Below, piece after piece: positions 7,019-17,383 of a stretch of DNA of 64,000 bases. How positions within the stretch are numbered: position 1 is the first letter of the stretch; every line of letters begins with the position of its first letter. Source of the DNA: Candidatus Shapirobacteria bacterium (lineage in GTDB: Bacteria; Patescibacteriota; Microgenomatia; UBA12405); contig JAQWEN010000001.1 of the NCBI GenBank assembly GCA_028704885.1, positions 427,999-491,998 on the forward strand. Direction: 5' to 3'. A program made the translations under genes and the position numbers. Under the pieces are notes generated by a model. That model searched no databases. It was not told where the DNA came from and saw nothing but the letters and a program-made list of their open reading frames with translations.

Positions 7019-8178
7019 AGATCTTATTTATAGAGCCGTGTTATTTTAATTTTGGGGGTTATTTTAGAGCAATTAATATCTGTACGGCACTTTCAAAAAA
7101 AGGATTTTCTATTGATCTTTTGTTGCCTTCGGATAAAAAATTTTTTTGGAAAATCAGAAAAACAAAAATTAATGAAAATTTGACAATGTATGAATTGCCA
7201 AGATTTTATATAAATTTTTTTGTTCAAGGGCGAATTTTAAGAGGATTTATTGCTACTTTGTTTGGAATTTTTAAAAAATATGATATTGTCCATGCAGCCA
7301 TGCCAGTGGAATTTGAATCGAATATTCCAGCTTTAATATTGAAAATTTTTGGTAAAAAGATTGTGATGGATTGGGACGATAGATTTGAAGACGGGGTTTT
7401 TAGTGGAAATAAAATTTTACATATGTATTTGCGTCTTTGTGAACATGGAATGCCTAAAATAATTAAAAATTATTGTGTGGCTAATGATGTTTTGGGTGAT
7501 TTAGCTAAAGAATATGGAGCTAATAATATAATTAGTATTATTAATGGAGTTAACCTTGATCAGGTTAAAGTTTTGGATAAAAAACAATCGAGAAAGAAAT
7601 TGGAATTAGACAATGAAACTAAATATCTGTTGACTTTTGGGAATACTTTTTCTGAAGAAAGAATTTTTTTATTATTTAAAACTTTGAATTATATTTTTAG
7701 TTTAGATAAAAACACAAAAATAATTTGTACTCTTAATCCTAATAAAATATTGGAAAATAAAAAAATAAAAAAGTTTTTTAATTCAAAATATCTAGATAGA
7801 TTTATAAATGTGAATTATATTCAACCAAATGATTTAGGATTATACTTATCGGCTTGTGATGCTAGTGTTTTTATTGCTGGCGATGATCCGAAAGAAAAAG
7901 TTTGTTTTCCAATAAGAATTGGAACTTATTTATGCGGTGAAACAATAATTGTAATGAATGATGTCAATTCTGAAGTGAATAAAATTTTAGATAAATATAA
8001 ATGCATGGTAATAGATAAAGATTTGGAAAAATTAGCAGCTAAAACAGTAAAAATGCTTTATTCCCCTACGATTCAAAGTGATTTAAAAAAGAAGGTAAAA
8101 TTGGCAAAAAAAGAATTATCTTATGATAATTTAGTGGCAGATTTAATTGGTTACTATCAAAAAATATTAAATGATTAA
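7015..8178 (+). CDS. GT-B fold glycosyltransferase (divergent GT4-like)
   Basis: N-terminus MKILFIEPCYFNFGGYFRAINICTALSKKGF is Rossmann-like, and a C-terminal FPIRIGTYLCGETIIVMND nucleotide-sugar-binding-like segment is present. A GTG start overlaps the previous stop. The call is weak. Confidence 0.4.
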   Translation: MKILFIEPCYFNFGGYFRAINICTALSKKGFSIDLLLPSDKKFFWKIRKTKINENLTMYELPRFYINFFVQGRILRGFIATLFGIFKKYDIVHAAMPVEFESNIPALILKIFGKKIVMDWDDRFEDGVFSGNKILHMYLRLCEHGMPKIIKNYCVANDVLGDLAKEYGANNIISIINGVNLDQVKVLDKKQSRKKLELDNETKYLLTFGNTFSEERIFLLFKTLNYIFSLDKNTKIICTLNPNKILENKKIKKFFNSKYLDRFINVNYIQPNDLGLYLSACDASVFIAGDDPKEKVCFPIRIGTYLCGETIIVMNDVNSEVNKILDKYKCMVIDKDLEKLAAKTVKMLYSPTIQSDLKKKVKLAKKELSYDNLVADLIGYYQKILND

Positions 8179-8956
8179 AGAAACAACAGTTAGTGAATTA
8201 AAAAAGATCTGGAATAAATATAATGACTATTCTGAATTAGATGGATTATTAAAAAATCTTAGAGAGAATGATGGAAAGGAAATTAAAGATTGGTTACATT
8301 TGCCGATTCATTTGCCGTTTATTAAAAAAGAATTAAAAGGTTTAAGTAAAAATGCCAAAGTATTAGAGGCTGGCTGTGGTTTTGGTCATTGGGTTTTTTG
8401 GATGGCAGAGCAAGGTTATCAAGCTGTGGGTGTTGACTTGGCTCCTAAGGCCATTATTACGGCTAAAAATTATGCTAAAAAAAATAATCTTAAAAATTGT
8501 GAATTTATTGAGGGCGATATTCGTAAATTACCAATAAAAGATAATTATTTTGATATTATTTTTAGTTTTGGAGTTATTGAGCATTTTCATAATCCAGAAA
8601 TTATTTTAGATGAATTAAAAAGGGTGTTGAAACCAGGTGGAAAGATATTTTTTAGTGTACCTAATCAATATTCTTTCCATACATTAACGAGAATAATTTT
8701 AAAAGGAATCGGTAAATGGCATTTAGGTTATGAACGCTCATATAGTTCTAAATCATTAAATATATTATTTAGGAAATGCGGATTTGAAGTTTTAAGAGGC
8801 GGAATAATGCCTGGAGGTGAATTGTTTGGAAGAGGGATGAATAATATTCCCTTGATTGGTGATTTTCTGTTTAAATTATTTTCGAAAATAAGTTTTTATA
8901 TAGAAAATCATCAAAAAATTTTTGGTTTTTGGCTTTATGGAGTGGCAAAAAAATAA
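8171..8956 (+). CDS. Class I SAM-dependent methyltransferase (Methyltransf_11/23-like)
   Basis: VLEAGCGFGHWVFWMAEQGYQAVGVDLAP (motif I), FDIIFSFGVIEHF and LKPGGKIFFSVPN. Confidence 0.75.
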   Translation: MIKETTVSELKKIWNKYNDYSELDGLLKNLRENDGKEIKDWLHLPIHLPFIKKELKGLSKNAKVLEAGCGFGHWVFWMAEQGYQAVGVDLAPKAIITAKNYAKKNNLKNCEFIEGDIRKLPIKDNYFDIIFSFGVIEHFHNPEIILDELKRVLKPGGKIFFSVPNQYSFHTLTRIILKGIGKWHLGYERSYSSKSLNILFRKCGFEVLRGGIMPGGELFGRGMNNIPLIGDFLFKLFSKISFYIENHQKIFGFWLYGVAKK

Positions 8957-9780
8957 AAAAAATGAAAAATATAAAAACGAGAAAACAAAAATGGCTCGAT
9001 GCCCAAAAGGGAGAATTAAAGTCTTGGACTATCGGGGATTTAGATTGTAAGGGTTTAATTAACTCATGGAAAAATAGAATTAATAATTATAAAATTGATT
9101 TTTCTGATTTTAAAGTTTCTACAAAAATTTTAGATGTTGGTTGTGGTCCGGTATCAATATTGGAAATATTGCCTAAATCAAAAACAATGATAGCTACAGA
9201 TTCTTTGAATGATAAATATCAAAAATATTTTTTTAGAAAAAATACTAATATTGAATATAAAAATTTTGCTGCCGAGAATATTCCTTATAAAAATAATTAT
9301 TTTGATGTTATTTTCTGCCTTAATGCATTTGATCATTTAGAAAAGCCATTTGTGGCTTTAAGCGAAATGTTAAGAGTATTAAAGACAAGTGGTCGTATTT
9401 ATGTTGAATTTGAAAATACTTCTCCTATGGTTAAATTTTTAAGTAGATTTGGTTATAAAAAACCATTAAGTCAGTTTCATCCACATTTACTTAGTTTAGA
9501 TAATATTGAAAAATATATTAAAAAGAACCATCAAAATGTCAATATAGAAATAATAGATTTAAAGCCAGAATTTAATTTTAATAAAATTATTTATCTTATA
9601 GAAATAATTTTAAGAAAGAAAAAAATGACTAAAAGTGAGACAAATATAAGTGCAATAAGTGCTGGTCCTTTAAGATTTTTTTTCCATTATATAATAATCG
9701 TAATCGAAAGGTTATTTTTTATTTTTAATCCTAAAAAGTATTCGTATTTTAATATTATAGTATTAAAAAAAATAAAATAA
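8929..9780 (+). CDS. Class I SAM-dependent methyltransferase
   Basis: ILDVGCGPVSILEILP, FDVIFCLNAFDHLEKP and LKTSGRIYVE. The C-terminal ~80 aa of this ORF may be read-through and not part of the protein. Confidence 0.7.
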   Translation: MALWSGKKIKKMKNIKTRKQKWLDAQKGELKSWTIGDLDCKGLINSWKNRINNYKIDFSDFKVSTKILDVGCGPVSILEILPKSKTMIATDSLNDKYQKYFFRKNTNIEYKNFAAENIPYKNNYFDVIFCLNAFDHLEKPFVALSEMLRVLKTSGRIYVEFENTSPMVKFLSRFGYKKPLSQFHPHLLSLDNIEKYIKKNHQNVNIEIIDLKPEFNFNKIIYLIEIILRKKKMTKSETNISAISAGPLRFFFHYIIIVIERLFFIFNPKKYSYFNIIVLKKIK

Positions 9781-11283
9781 TTATTTTTTCTTTTGGTTAT
9801 TCTTTCCTTTCCCAAAGAATAGGATTTTTAAAGCTGGGCTTTTCTTTTCTTTTAATACTTTATAGATATAGATAGGATTGAGTAAAACGTATTTGAAATA
9901 AAATTTAAAGTTTAACCATGTAATTAATAATTTTATTTTTAAAATCATTGATAAATATTTTTGATCGTGACGTTTTTCCGGATTAAGAAATACCCTGTCT
10001 TCTAAAAAATAAAATCTATCTTTTTTCCAAAACTCAAAACAAGCTTTAAGTGGAATTTCTGTAAATAAATTATCAACATTCATATTTTTTGATACCAAGC
10101 CCTTTTCTAGTGCATAGTCCCAAATTTTAGTGCCGGGATAAGCAATTAAGATGTAAATGTTGGGATTTTCGATGGGGTGTTTTTTTAGTAATTGATAGGT
10201 GGCTTGCAAATCTTCAATTGTTTCTCCTGGTATAGTGACAATAAAACCACTGGAAACTCCAATTCCATATTTATGACATAAATCTATAGCTTTTATATTT
10301 TGTTCAACTGAAACAGAATTAGCTTTTAAATAATTGAGCATTTTGGAACTAAAACTTTCAAAACCAAAAGATATTCTTTTTACGTTCATACTCTTTAGAG
10401 CCTTAACAACATCTTCGTCGATTAAATCGGCCTTACCAAATCCAGAAAATACAATTTTTTTGTGCCATCCTCTTTTTTTAATTTCATTAGCTAGATGAAT
10501 TAATCTTGCTTTTGGAGCGGTAAAAAAATCGTCAAAAAAATATAGGCCATCGATGTCGTAATTTTTGATTAGATAATCAATTTCTTTAATAATATATTCA
10601 ACAGAATGAAACCTAACAGAACCCCATTGAACATTGGATGCACAATGGAGACAATGGTAAGGACAACCTCTTGATGTCATCATGCCAGTAAGTCTTTTCA
10701 TTCCGTATAAATTGAGTTGACGGCTTAAATATTTTTTTTCCATAGGAACGAATTCTCTTGAAGGTATTGGTAATTGATCAATGTTTTGAATTAGTTTTCT
10801 GGGTTTAGTTTTAATTAACTTATTTTTTTCAAAATATACTAAACCGTCTATTTTAGAATTTTTAATATTATTTTTTTTATCATTTTTATATGCTTCAATT
10901 ATTTCACCAAGTGTTATTTCTCCTTCACCTATAACACCAACATCAAAAACTTTATCAAAAGAATCAGGACAGCCAGTGATATGGGTGCCACCTATTATAA
11001 TTTTAGTTTTAATAGATTGTTTAACTTTTTTTGCTATTGATTTAGTGAAATCGTAGTTAACGGAATCGACAGTAAAACCAACAATATTAGGGTGATATTT
11101 AATTATTTTTTTTAATGGTTTACTATCTTCAATGATTTTTATGTCTACGAAAGGATATTTTTCTTTTATACAACTTCCTAAACACATAAGACCGAAATGG
11201 GGAATATTGTTCCAAACTTTTTCGCAATTAACTAATAATAGCTTTATTTTCTTTTCTTTACGGTTCATGAAATATGATAGCAT
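9781..11283 (-). CDS. B12-binding-domain radical SAM enzyme (class B; putative sugar C-methyltransferase or modifier)
   Basis: The N-terminal Rossmann-like B12-binding region (KIKLLLVNCEKVW...IVGFTV...IIIGGTHIT) is followed by MMTSRGCPYHCLHCAS, the CxxxCxxC cluster. Confidence 0.8.
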   Translation of the reverse strand: MLSYFMNRKEKKIKLLLVNCEKVWNNIPHFGLMCLGSCIKEKYPFVDIKIIEDSKPLKKIIKYHPNIVGFTVDSVNYDFTKSIAKKVKQSIKTKIIIGGTHITGCPDSFDKVFDVGVIGEGEITLGEIIEAYKNDKKNNIKNSKIDGLVYFEKNKLIKTKPRKLIQNIDQLPIPSREFVPMEKKYLSRQLNLYGMKRLTGMMTSRGCPYHCLHCASNVQWGSVRFHSVEYIIKEIDYLIKNYDIDGLYFFDDFFTAPKARLIHLANEIKKRGWHKKIVFSGFGKADLIDEDVVKALKSMNVKRISFGFESFSSKMLNYLKANSVSVEQNIKAIDLCHKYGIGVSSGFIVTIPGETIEDLQATYQLLKKHPIENPNIYILIAYPGTKIWDYALEKGLVSKNMNVDNLFTEIPLKACFEFWKKDRFYFLEDRVFLNPEKRHDQKYLSMILKIKLLITWLNFKFYFKYVLLNPIYIYKVLKEKKSPALKILFFGKGKNNQKKK

Positions 11284-11325
11284 TATTTCTTGTTTAATAA
11301 GGTATTTTTTAAAAAATGTTAAAAG

Positions 11326-12888
11326 TTATTTTAATATCTTATATTTATAAGCGGCTTTAAGACGATGAGTTTTTAGCTCTCCAAATTTAATAGTAGAAAC
11401 AACCATTGATAAATAATTTCTGATTATTTTGACAAGATAACTAAAATCTTCCCAATTATGAATTTTTTTGATAATAGTTGCCGGTTTGATAATGGGACGG
11501 AAAAAACGAGAAAGCATCAATTTTCTTTGGGCTTTATTACGGAGATTTCGAATGTCATTTACAGAAAGATATTTATTTCCCAAACCGGCATAACCAGAAA
11601 ATGTTTTACCAATTTTGGTATTGCTAATGTCAGCTTTTTTTAATAGACCTTCATCTTCTAAAATTTTAGTAACATCTGTTTCGGGAAAAGGCATTAATAA
11701 GATAAAAACAACAAAATCAGAAAGAGATTTAATGGCGTAATTAAAGGTGGTTTCAATAGCTTTTTTGGTTTCATAAGGAAAACCAATTATGTAAGTAGAA
11801 AAAGTCCAAATACCAAGACTATTCGTAAGTTTAATTATTTTTTTGGCTTTTTGTAAATTTAAATTTTTTCTAATAAATTTTTGAGTGACAGGATGACCAG
11901 ATTCAATACCAAAAGTTAATCGATAACAACCACTCTTTTTCATTTTTTTAAGAAGAGATCTATTTAAAGTCCAAATAGCTATGCCATTAGGACAAGTCCA
12001 TTTAATATCTAATTTTTTGGCAATAATTCCGTCGCAGATTTTTTCTAGTCGATCGCGACTGACAGAAATATTATCGTCGAGAAAATGAATTTCCTTAATA
12101 CCATATCTTTTAACTAAAAATTCGATTTCATTAACGATACGCTCAGCACTAAAAGGTCGCCAACTTCGACCCCAAATTCCAGGAACAGCACAGTAAATAC
12201 AATTTCCAGGACAGCCACGGCTGGTAACAACGGTGGTGGCTGGAGAACGCATGTCATAAGTATTTTTACTTTCTGCATAAACCCTAAGATAAACGTCCAT
12301 AGGAAATAAATGTCGAGCTGGAAGCGGTAGAGAATCTAATTTAGCAATCGGAAGACGACGTGGATTCAAAATAATTTCGCCTTGATCATTTCTTATGGCA
12401 GTACCATTTATATTTTGAAGACTTTCCTTATTTTCGAATTTTTTAACTATTTCAAGAATAGTATATTCACCTTCACCAATAACCACGATGTCAACATTAG
12501 GATCATGAAGAACATTTTTATAAAGAATTGAAGCATGAGCACCACCAAAAACAACTAATGTTTTGGGATTGAATTGTTTGACTATTTTGGCAACATCATG
12601 AGAATCGCTGGAATAGGCTGTGAACATAGTGCTGATACCAACAATATCCGGTTTGAAGTATTCTAATCTTTCAAGAATTGTTTTTTCTGATAAACCAACC
12701 CTGGTATAATTTTTGGTTTTTTTGACAATATCGATGCCTTCAGCCAGAGCATCGATAGCAGAAACATTATAACCATTGGTTTCTAAAATGGCACCAATGT
12801 TAGCTAAACCTAGTGGTATGGCGGCACCGGGAGTAGTGGTGTCATTACTTCTAATAGTCATTGGTGGGTAAATAAGGAGGATTTTCAT
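11326..12888 (-). CDS. B12-binding-domain radical SAM enzyme (class B)
   Basis: MKILLIYPP...IVGISTMFT...LVVFGGAHAS is followed by VVTSRGCPGNCIYCAV. Confidence 0.8.
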   Translation of the reverse strand: MKILLIYPPMTIRSNDTTTPGAAIPLGLANIGAILETNGYNVSAIDALAEGIDIVKKTKNYTRVGLSEKTILERLEYFKPDIVGISTMFTAYSSDSHDVAKIVKQFNPKTLVVFGGAHASILYKNVLHDPNVDIVVIGEGEYTILEIVKKFENKESLQNINGTAIRNDQGEIILNPRRLPIAKLDSLPLPARHLFPMDVYLRVYAESKNTYDMRSPATTVVTSRGCPGNCIYCAVPGIWGRSWRPFSAERIVNEIEFLVKRYGIKEIHFLDDNISVSRDRLEKICDGIIAKKLDIKWTCPNGIAIWTLNRSLLKKMKKSGCYRLTFGIESGHPVTQKFIRKNLNLQKAKKIIKLTNSLGIWTFSTYIIGFPYETKKAIETTFNYAIKSLSDFVVFILLMPFPETDVTKILEDEGLLKKADISNTKIGKTFSGYAGLGNKYLSVNDIRNLRNKAQRKLMLSRFFRPIIKPATIIKKIHNWEDFSYLVKIIRNYLSMVVSTIKFGELKTHRLKAAYKYKILK

Positions 12889-12893
12889 ATTAT

Positions 12894-14354
12894 TTATTTT
12901 TTAGATGGAGAAATTAGAAAAACAAAAAGTTTATTAAATAATTTATTATCATAAACTAATTTTCTAGAAAGGTGTCCTAAAATTGGTACACGGGTTAATA
13001 AATAAAAAATAATTCCTAATATTTTGCCGAAACGGAATTGATAAAGCTTTCTTTCGTATAAATTAAAACCTTTTTTCATGATACTAATTCGCTGGTTTTT
13101 GGTAAATTCTTTAGTTTCAAAAATAGGATTAATGTCGCGATAAGATATTTCCTTTAGATATTGATTTTTGGGAATTAAAAAATGAGCGTGTTTAATTGCC
13201 CAGTAATAAACTTCGGTACCAGGATAAGGAACAAGATTATAGAAATTAACATAATTACAATTTAACTTTTTAGCGAAATTAAGAGTTTCTATGGCATCTT
13301 GATAGGTTTCATCTTGGTGGCCAATAATAAAATTAACGGCGTGTTTAATTTTAGCTTGATTAGTAAATTTTACAGCTTGGATAACTTGGTCTAAAGTAAT
13401 ATTTTTTTTGATTCGGTCAAGAATTTTTTGACTGCCTGATTCACAACCATAAGCAATAAAAAAACAACCAGTTTTTTTTAATTTTTTGAGAAGTTTTAGG
13501 GTTATATTATTAACTCTAATGCCGTTGTAAAGTTGAAACTTGAGGTGAAGTTTATTTTTAATGATTAAATCACAAATGGCTTCGGCTCGATTAATATCAA
13601 GAGTAAAACAATCATCATTAAAATCGAAATTGGTAAAACCTTTCTTGTACCAATAAGTAATTTCATCAATAACATTTTGAGGACTACGTGGTCGAAAACT
13701 TTGACCCATAGAGAGGCGGACAGAACAATAATTACAACCATGAGGACAACCACGAGAAGTAATAATAGGAATAATTTTTTCCCGAAAACAAGGGTAGGCC
13801 GACAAATTAAAACTTTCGTAATCTGGGAAAGGTAATTGATCTAGATGTTGAATTAGAGGCGCTGGTGAGTTAATAATTATTTTGTTTTTGTTTTTCCAAA
13901 TGAGATTTGGTACTTTAGAGAAATCTGGTTTTTTTTGAAAAAAAACTTTTAAAAAATCAATAATAGAAGTTTCTGACTCACCGTACATAGCAAAAGTAAC
14001 CTTGGTTTCTTTTAATATTTTATCTTTGGTAGCAGAAACGTGAGGACCACCAAGGATAATGGGGGTAGCAGTAATGGATTTGATTTTTTTAATTGCTTGA
14101 TAAATATATTTATAAGCATAACTAAACCCAGTGACACCAATGATGTCGGGAGAAAAAACTTTTATAATAGTTTTTAATTTAGTTGGCCAATCTTTTTCAA
14201 TTCCACAATCAATAATTTGATATTGATAATTATTGGCTTTGAGGATAGAGACAAGATAGGCAATACCAACATGAGGATGGATAGGAGTCCCCTTTTCGGT
14301 ACCGAACATAGATTTAACTTCCGGAATAACAAATAGTATTTTTTTGGATATCAT
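12894..14354 (-). CDS. B12-binding-domain radical SAM enzyme (class B)
   Basis: ILFVIPEV...IIGVTGFSY...IILGGPHVS is followed by IITSRGCPHGCNYCSV. Confidence 0.8.
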   Translation of the reverse strand: MISKKILFVIPEVKSMFGTEKGTPIHPHVGIAYLVSILKANNYQYQIIDCGIEKDWPTKLKTIIKVFSPDIIGVTGFSYAYKYIYQAIKKIKSITATPIILGGPHVSATKDKILKETKVTFAMYGESETSIIDFLKVFFQKKPDFSKVPNLIWKNKNKIIINSPAPLIQHLDQLPFPDYESFNLSAYPCFREKIIPIITSRGCPHGCNYCSVRLSMGQSFRPRSPQNVIDEITYWYKKGFTNFDFNDDCFTLDINRAEAICDLIIKNKLHLKFQLYNGIRVNNITLKLLKKLKKTGCFFIAYGCESGSQKILDRIKKNITLDQVIQAVKFTNQAKIKHAVNFIIGHQDETYQDAIETLNFAKKLNCNYVNFYNLVPYPGTEVYYWAIKHAHFLIPKNQYLKEISYRDINPIFETKEFTKNQRISIMKKGFNLYERKLYQFRFGKILGIIFYLLTRVPILGHLSRKLVYDNKLFNKLFVFLISPSKK

Positions 14355-15385
14355 TAGACTTTAAGTAAAATTGATTTATTAATTTTGTTTATAATGCTTT
14401 CTTTTTTGTAAATATAGGTAAAAAGTTTTTTGTCGGTTAAAACTCTATTTTTTTGAATTGTTCGTCTTTTTAATAAAGTTTTCTTAATATTTTTTATATT
14501 CCAGATTATACCTAAAATAATATAAAAAGACCCTTTTACTTTAAATTTAATAAATAACAAATAAATAGAATATAGAATAAAAATAGATATTTGTTTTGGT
14601 AAAATTATTATTAATTTGGGTAATGATAAATTTTTTAATATAGTTAAAATATAATTTTTAGTTCCGTGAAAATAGAGGTTATAGTTGGCAAAATTGAAAT
14701 TTAATAATTTAAAACTGCCGGAAAAACCATGATATACAATGGAATTTGGACAATAAACTGTTTTGAAACCTTTTAACCAAGAACGCCAGCATAGATCAGT
14801 CTCTTCCATATAAATGAAATAATCATTGTCAAAACCACTAATTAATTTAAAAACATCTTTTCTAATGAACATGCCAGCTGATTTAGCGGCAAATACAACA
14901 GCTTTTTTATCATATTGACCAACATCAATATCTTTATAGGTGGCTCGGTGGCTTAATAGACCGAATTGATTTAGATAATCACCAGTATAGTCAAATTTAT
15001 TTTTTTCATTTAATAAAAGTAATTTTGATTGGATACAACCTATTTTTTTGTCCTTATCAAATTCAGATTTAGCAGCTTTTAACCAATTTATATCAACTTC
15101 TGTGTCATTATCAAGAAAACTAATTATTTTACCTTTGGCTATTTTAACGCCACGATTTCTAGCAAAAGCTGGACCAAAGTTTTTTTTAAGATCTAAAATT
15201 TTTATTTTGGATAAATTAGACTTAAATTCAAATTTTATTTTTTCTATTGTACCGTCGGTTGAACCATTGTCAGCGATTATTATTTCATAATTTTTATATG
15301 AATTTTTTAGAATAGAGTTAAGACAATTCTTTAAAAGAGAATAACCATTATAGTTAACTATGATAATAGAGACTAATGAATTCAT
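14354..15385 (-). CDS. Glycosyltransferase family 2
   Basis: SIIIVNYNGYSLLKNCLNSIL...YEIIIADNGSTDGT and a DxD in FLDNDTEV. The C-terminus has TM helices. Confidence 0.8.
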   Translation of the reverse strand: MNSLVSIIIVNYNGYSLLKNCLNSILKNSYKNYEIIIADNGSTDGTIEKIKFEFKSNLSKIKILDLKKNFGPAFARNRGVKIAKGKIISFLDNDTEVDINWLKAAKSEFDKDKKIGCIQSKLLLLNEKNKFDYTGDYLNQFGLLSHRATYKDIDVGQYDKKAVVFAAKSAGMFIRKDVFKLISGFDNDYFIYMEETDLCWRSWLKGFKTVYCPNSIVYHGFSGSFKLLNFNFANYNLYFHGTKNYILTILKNLSLPKLIIILPKQISIFILYSIYLLFIKFKVKGSFYIILGIIWNIKNIKKTLLKRRTIQKNRVLTDKKLFTYIYKKESIINKINKSILLKV

Positions 15386-15388
15386 TTT

Positions 15389-16357
15389 TTAAATTTTTTG
15401 TTGACCAGAATAAAAACCCTTACACGAAAAATATAAACTAATAAATAACAAATAAATATTAATTAATGGTAATAATATGACTATTGGTTTTTTGATGCAA
15501 TAAATTAGAGTATTTTTAGTATAAAGAAATGAATAAATTATAATTAAAATTAAAAAAAACAATCTTATATATGGAAACAATAAGCCAATGAGTAGAATTT
15601 CTCGAAAAAAGGTACGAATAAAATGTTTTATATTTAAAATGCCATATTTTTTTAGTAAAGCTCCTTGAGCTTCGGAGTATTGGGCTTGTTTATAAATGAT
15701 TTTTTTGTAATTAAAAGTATCTTCTTGATTATGAATATGAAGTATAGTTGCTTTAGTAGAAACTACTTGGCCGATTTTGTTAAGTTTTAAAAAAATATCC
15801 CCATCTTCACCAGCTCGAAAAAAAATTTTATTATCGAAAAGACCAATTTTAATTAATTCTTTTCGTCGATAACAATCAAATTTACCGTCCATAGCCGATT
15901 GAAGTTTTTTTAATTGCCTGTCGAAAAAAACTTTTTGCCAAAAATTATATTTTTTCCAGATTTTAAATGGATGAATTACTTGATGGTAGCTGGCGATAAT
16001 TTTTTTTTGAGAAAAAGGGGCGACTAAAAGAGATATAGCATTCTTTTGAAGAATTACATCTGAGTGCAAGGTAATGACCAAATCCCCTTTTGAATTTAAA
16101 ATTCCATCATTGTATGAAGCAGATAAACCGATAGATTTGGAATGGTTAATTATATTTTTTTTAATTTTAGTAAAATGTTTTTTAAAATAGGTTTTTATTA
16201 TGGATAAAGATTTATCAGTAGAACCATCATTGATGATGATTATTTCATAAATTAGTTTTTGTTGAGTTGATAGACTCTTTAGAGTATTAAGAATAGTTGA
16301 TTGAGCGTTGTAGACAGGAATTATTATTGAAATCTTGTTCATGTTAATTTTGCCCAA
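15389..16357 (-). CDS. Glycosyltransferase family 2 with a C-terminal membrane anchor
   Basis: ISIIIPVYNAQSTILNTLKSL...YEIIIINDGSTDKS and a hydrophobic C-terminus. Confidence 0.75.
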   Translation of the reverse strand: MGKINMNKISIIIPVYNAQSTILNTLKSLSTQQKLIYEIIIINDGSTDKSLSIIKTYFKKHFTKIKKNIINHSKSIGLSASYNDGILNSKGDLVITLHSDVILQKNAISLLVAPFSQKKIIASYHQVIHPFKIWKKYNFWQKVFFDRQLKKLQSAMDGKFDCYRRKELIKIGLFDNKIFFRAGEDGDIFLKLNKIGQVVSTKATILHIHNQEDTFNYKKIIYKQAQYSEAQGALLKKYGILNIKHFIRTFFREILLIGLLFPYIRLFFLILIIIYSFLYTKNTLIYCIKKPIVILLPLINIYLLFISLYFSCKGFYSGQQKI

Positions 16358-17376
16358 CTAGGTGGTAAATTTTCTTCTATTTCAATATTTTTGAATTTTT
16401 TTGGTTTAATAGGACCGATTTTTTGAGCATAAGCAATCATGCTTTTTAAACCTACCTCCATTTTGGTTTCATTCTTTATATTGAATATTTTTTTTGCCTT
16501 TAAATGATTGGAGAAAGCTTGATAAACTTCGATCCTGGGTGGAAAATGAATTATTTCTGTTTTTTTGGAAAAGTATTGACTGATAATTTCAGCAATTTCG
16601 TTAATAGTATATGGTTTTTCGGAACCAATATTAATTATTTGATTAGTAGCCTGATCATTGGTGGCTGATTGAGCGATGTAGGGAGCGACGTCTTTGACGT
16701 AAGTAAAAGCGCGAGTTTGATTGCCGTCACCAAAAATTGTTAATGGTTTATGCAACATAATATTATTTATAAAAATACCGAGAACATTTCGATAGGGATC
16801 ACCGTGATTTTGTCTTTCACCATAAACATTGTGGGGTCTGAAAATTACATAATTTAAACCAAACATTTTATGAGCAGCTTCTAAATCAAGTTCAATTGCA
16901 TATTTAGCGATACCATAAGGATCTTCTGGTTGAGGAGTTAAACTTTCAACCATTGGAGTTTGATTGGTGCCATATACAGCAATACTTGAAGTAAAAATAA
17001 ATTTTTTAATTTGATGTTTAATTGATGCATTAATTAAATTTATAGAACCGATTAAATTATTTTCATAATTAAAACGACGAATAAAAGGACTTAAACCTTC
17101 AGCTGCATAAGCTGCTAAATGAAAAACATAGTCGAAATTGTATTTATTAAATAAAGAATCGACTAATTTTTGATTAGTAACCGAACCTTTGATAAAGATG
17201 GCTTTAGAATTAATATTTCGAAGAAAACCACCACTTAAATTATCTAAAACAACAACTTTGTAGCCCAAATTTATAAGTTCATCAACTAAATGAGAGCCGA
17301 TAAATCCGGCACCACCAGTAACTAAACAAATTATTTTTTTATTTATATTTGACTGGGTCTTATTGTCAGTATTCAT
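16339..17376 (-). CDS. NAD-dependent sugar-nucleotide epimerase/dehydratase (extended SDR, UDP-hexose 4-epimerase-like)
   Basis: The Rossmann motif ICLVTGGAGFIGSHLVDEL and the catalytic YGIAKYAIE (YxxxK). Confidence 0.8.
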   Translation of the reverse strand: MNTDNKTQSNINKKIICLVTGGAGFIGSHLVDELINLGYKVVVLDNLSGGFLRNINSKAIFIKGSVTNQKLVDSLFNKYNFDYVFHLAAYAAEGLSPFIRRFNYENNLIGSINLINASIKHQIKKFIFTSSIAVYGTNQTPMVESLTPQPEDPYGIAKYAIELDLEAAHKMFGLNYVIFRPHNVYGERQNHGDPYRNVLGIFINNIMLHKPLTIFGDGNQTRAFTYVKDVAPYIAQSATNDQATNQIINIGSEKPYTINEIAEIISQYFSKKTEIIHFPPRIEVYQAFSNHLKAKKIFNIKNETKMEVGLKSMIAYAQKIGPIKPKKFKNIEIEENLPPSWAKLT

Positions 17377-17383
17377 AAACTAA

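Noticed and set aside
9600-9780. Separate small gene in the 3' tail of methyltransferase ORF 8929-9780
   Set aside because: No independent start or motif was found. The tail is hydrophobic, low-complexity read-through ending exactly at the convergent neighbour's stop. It is treated as part of the methyltransferase ORF or as non-coding.
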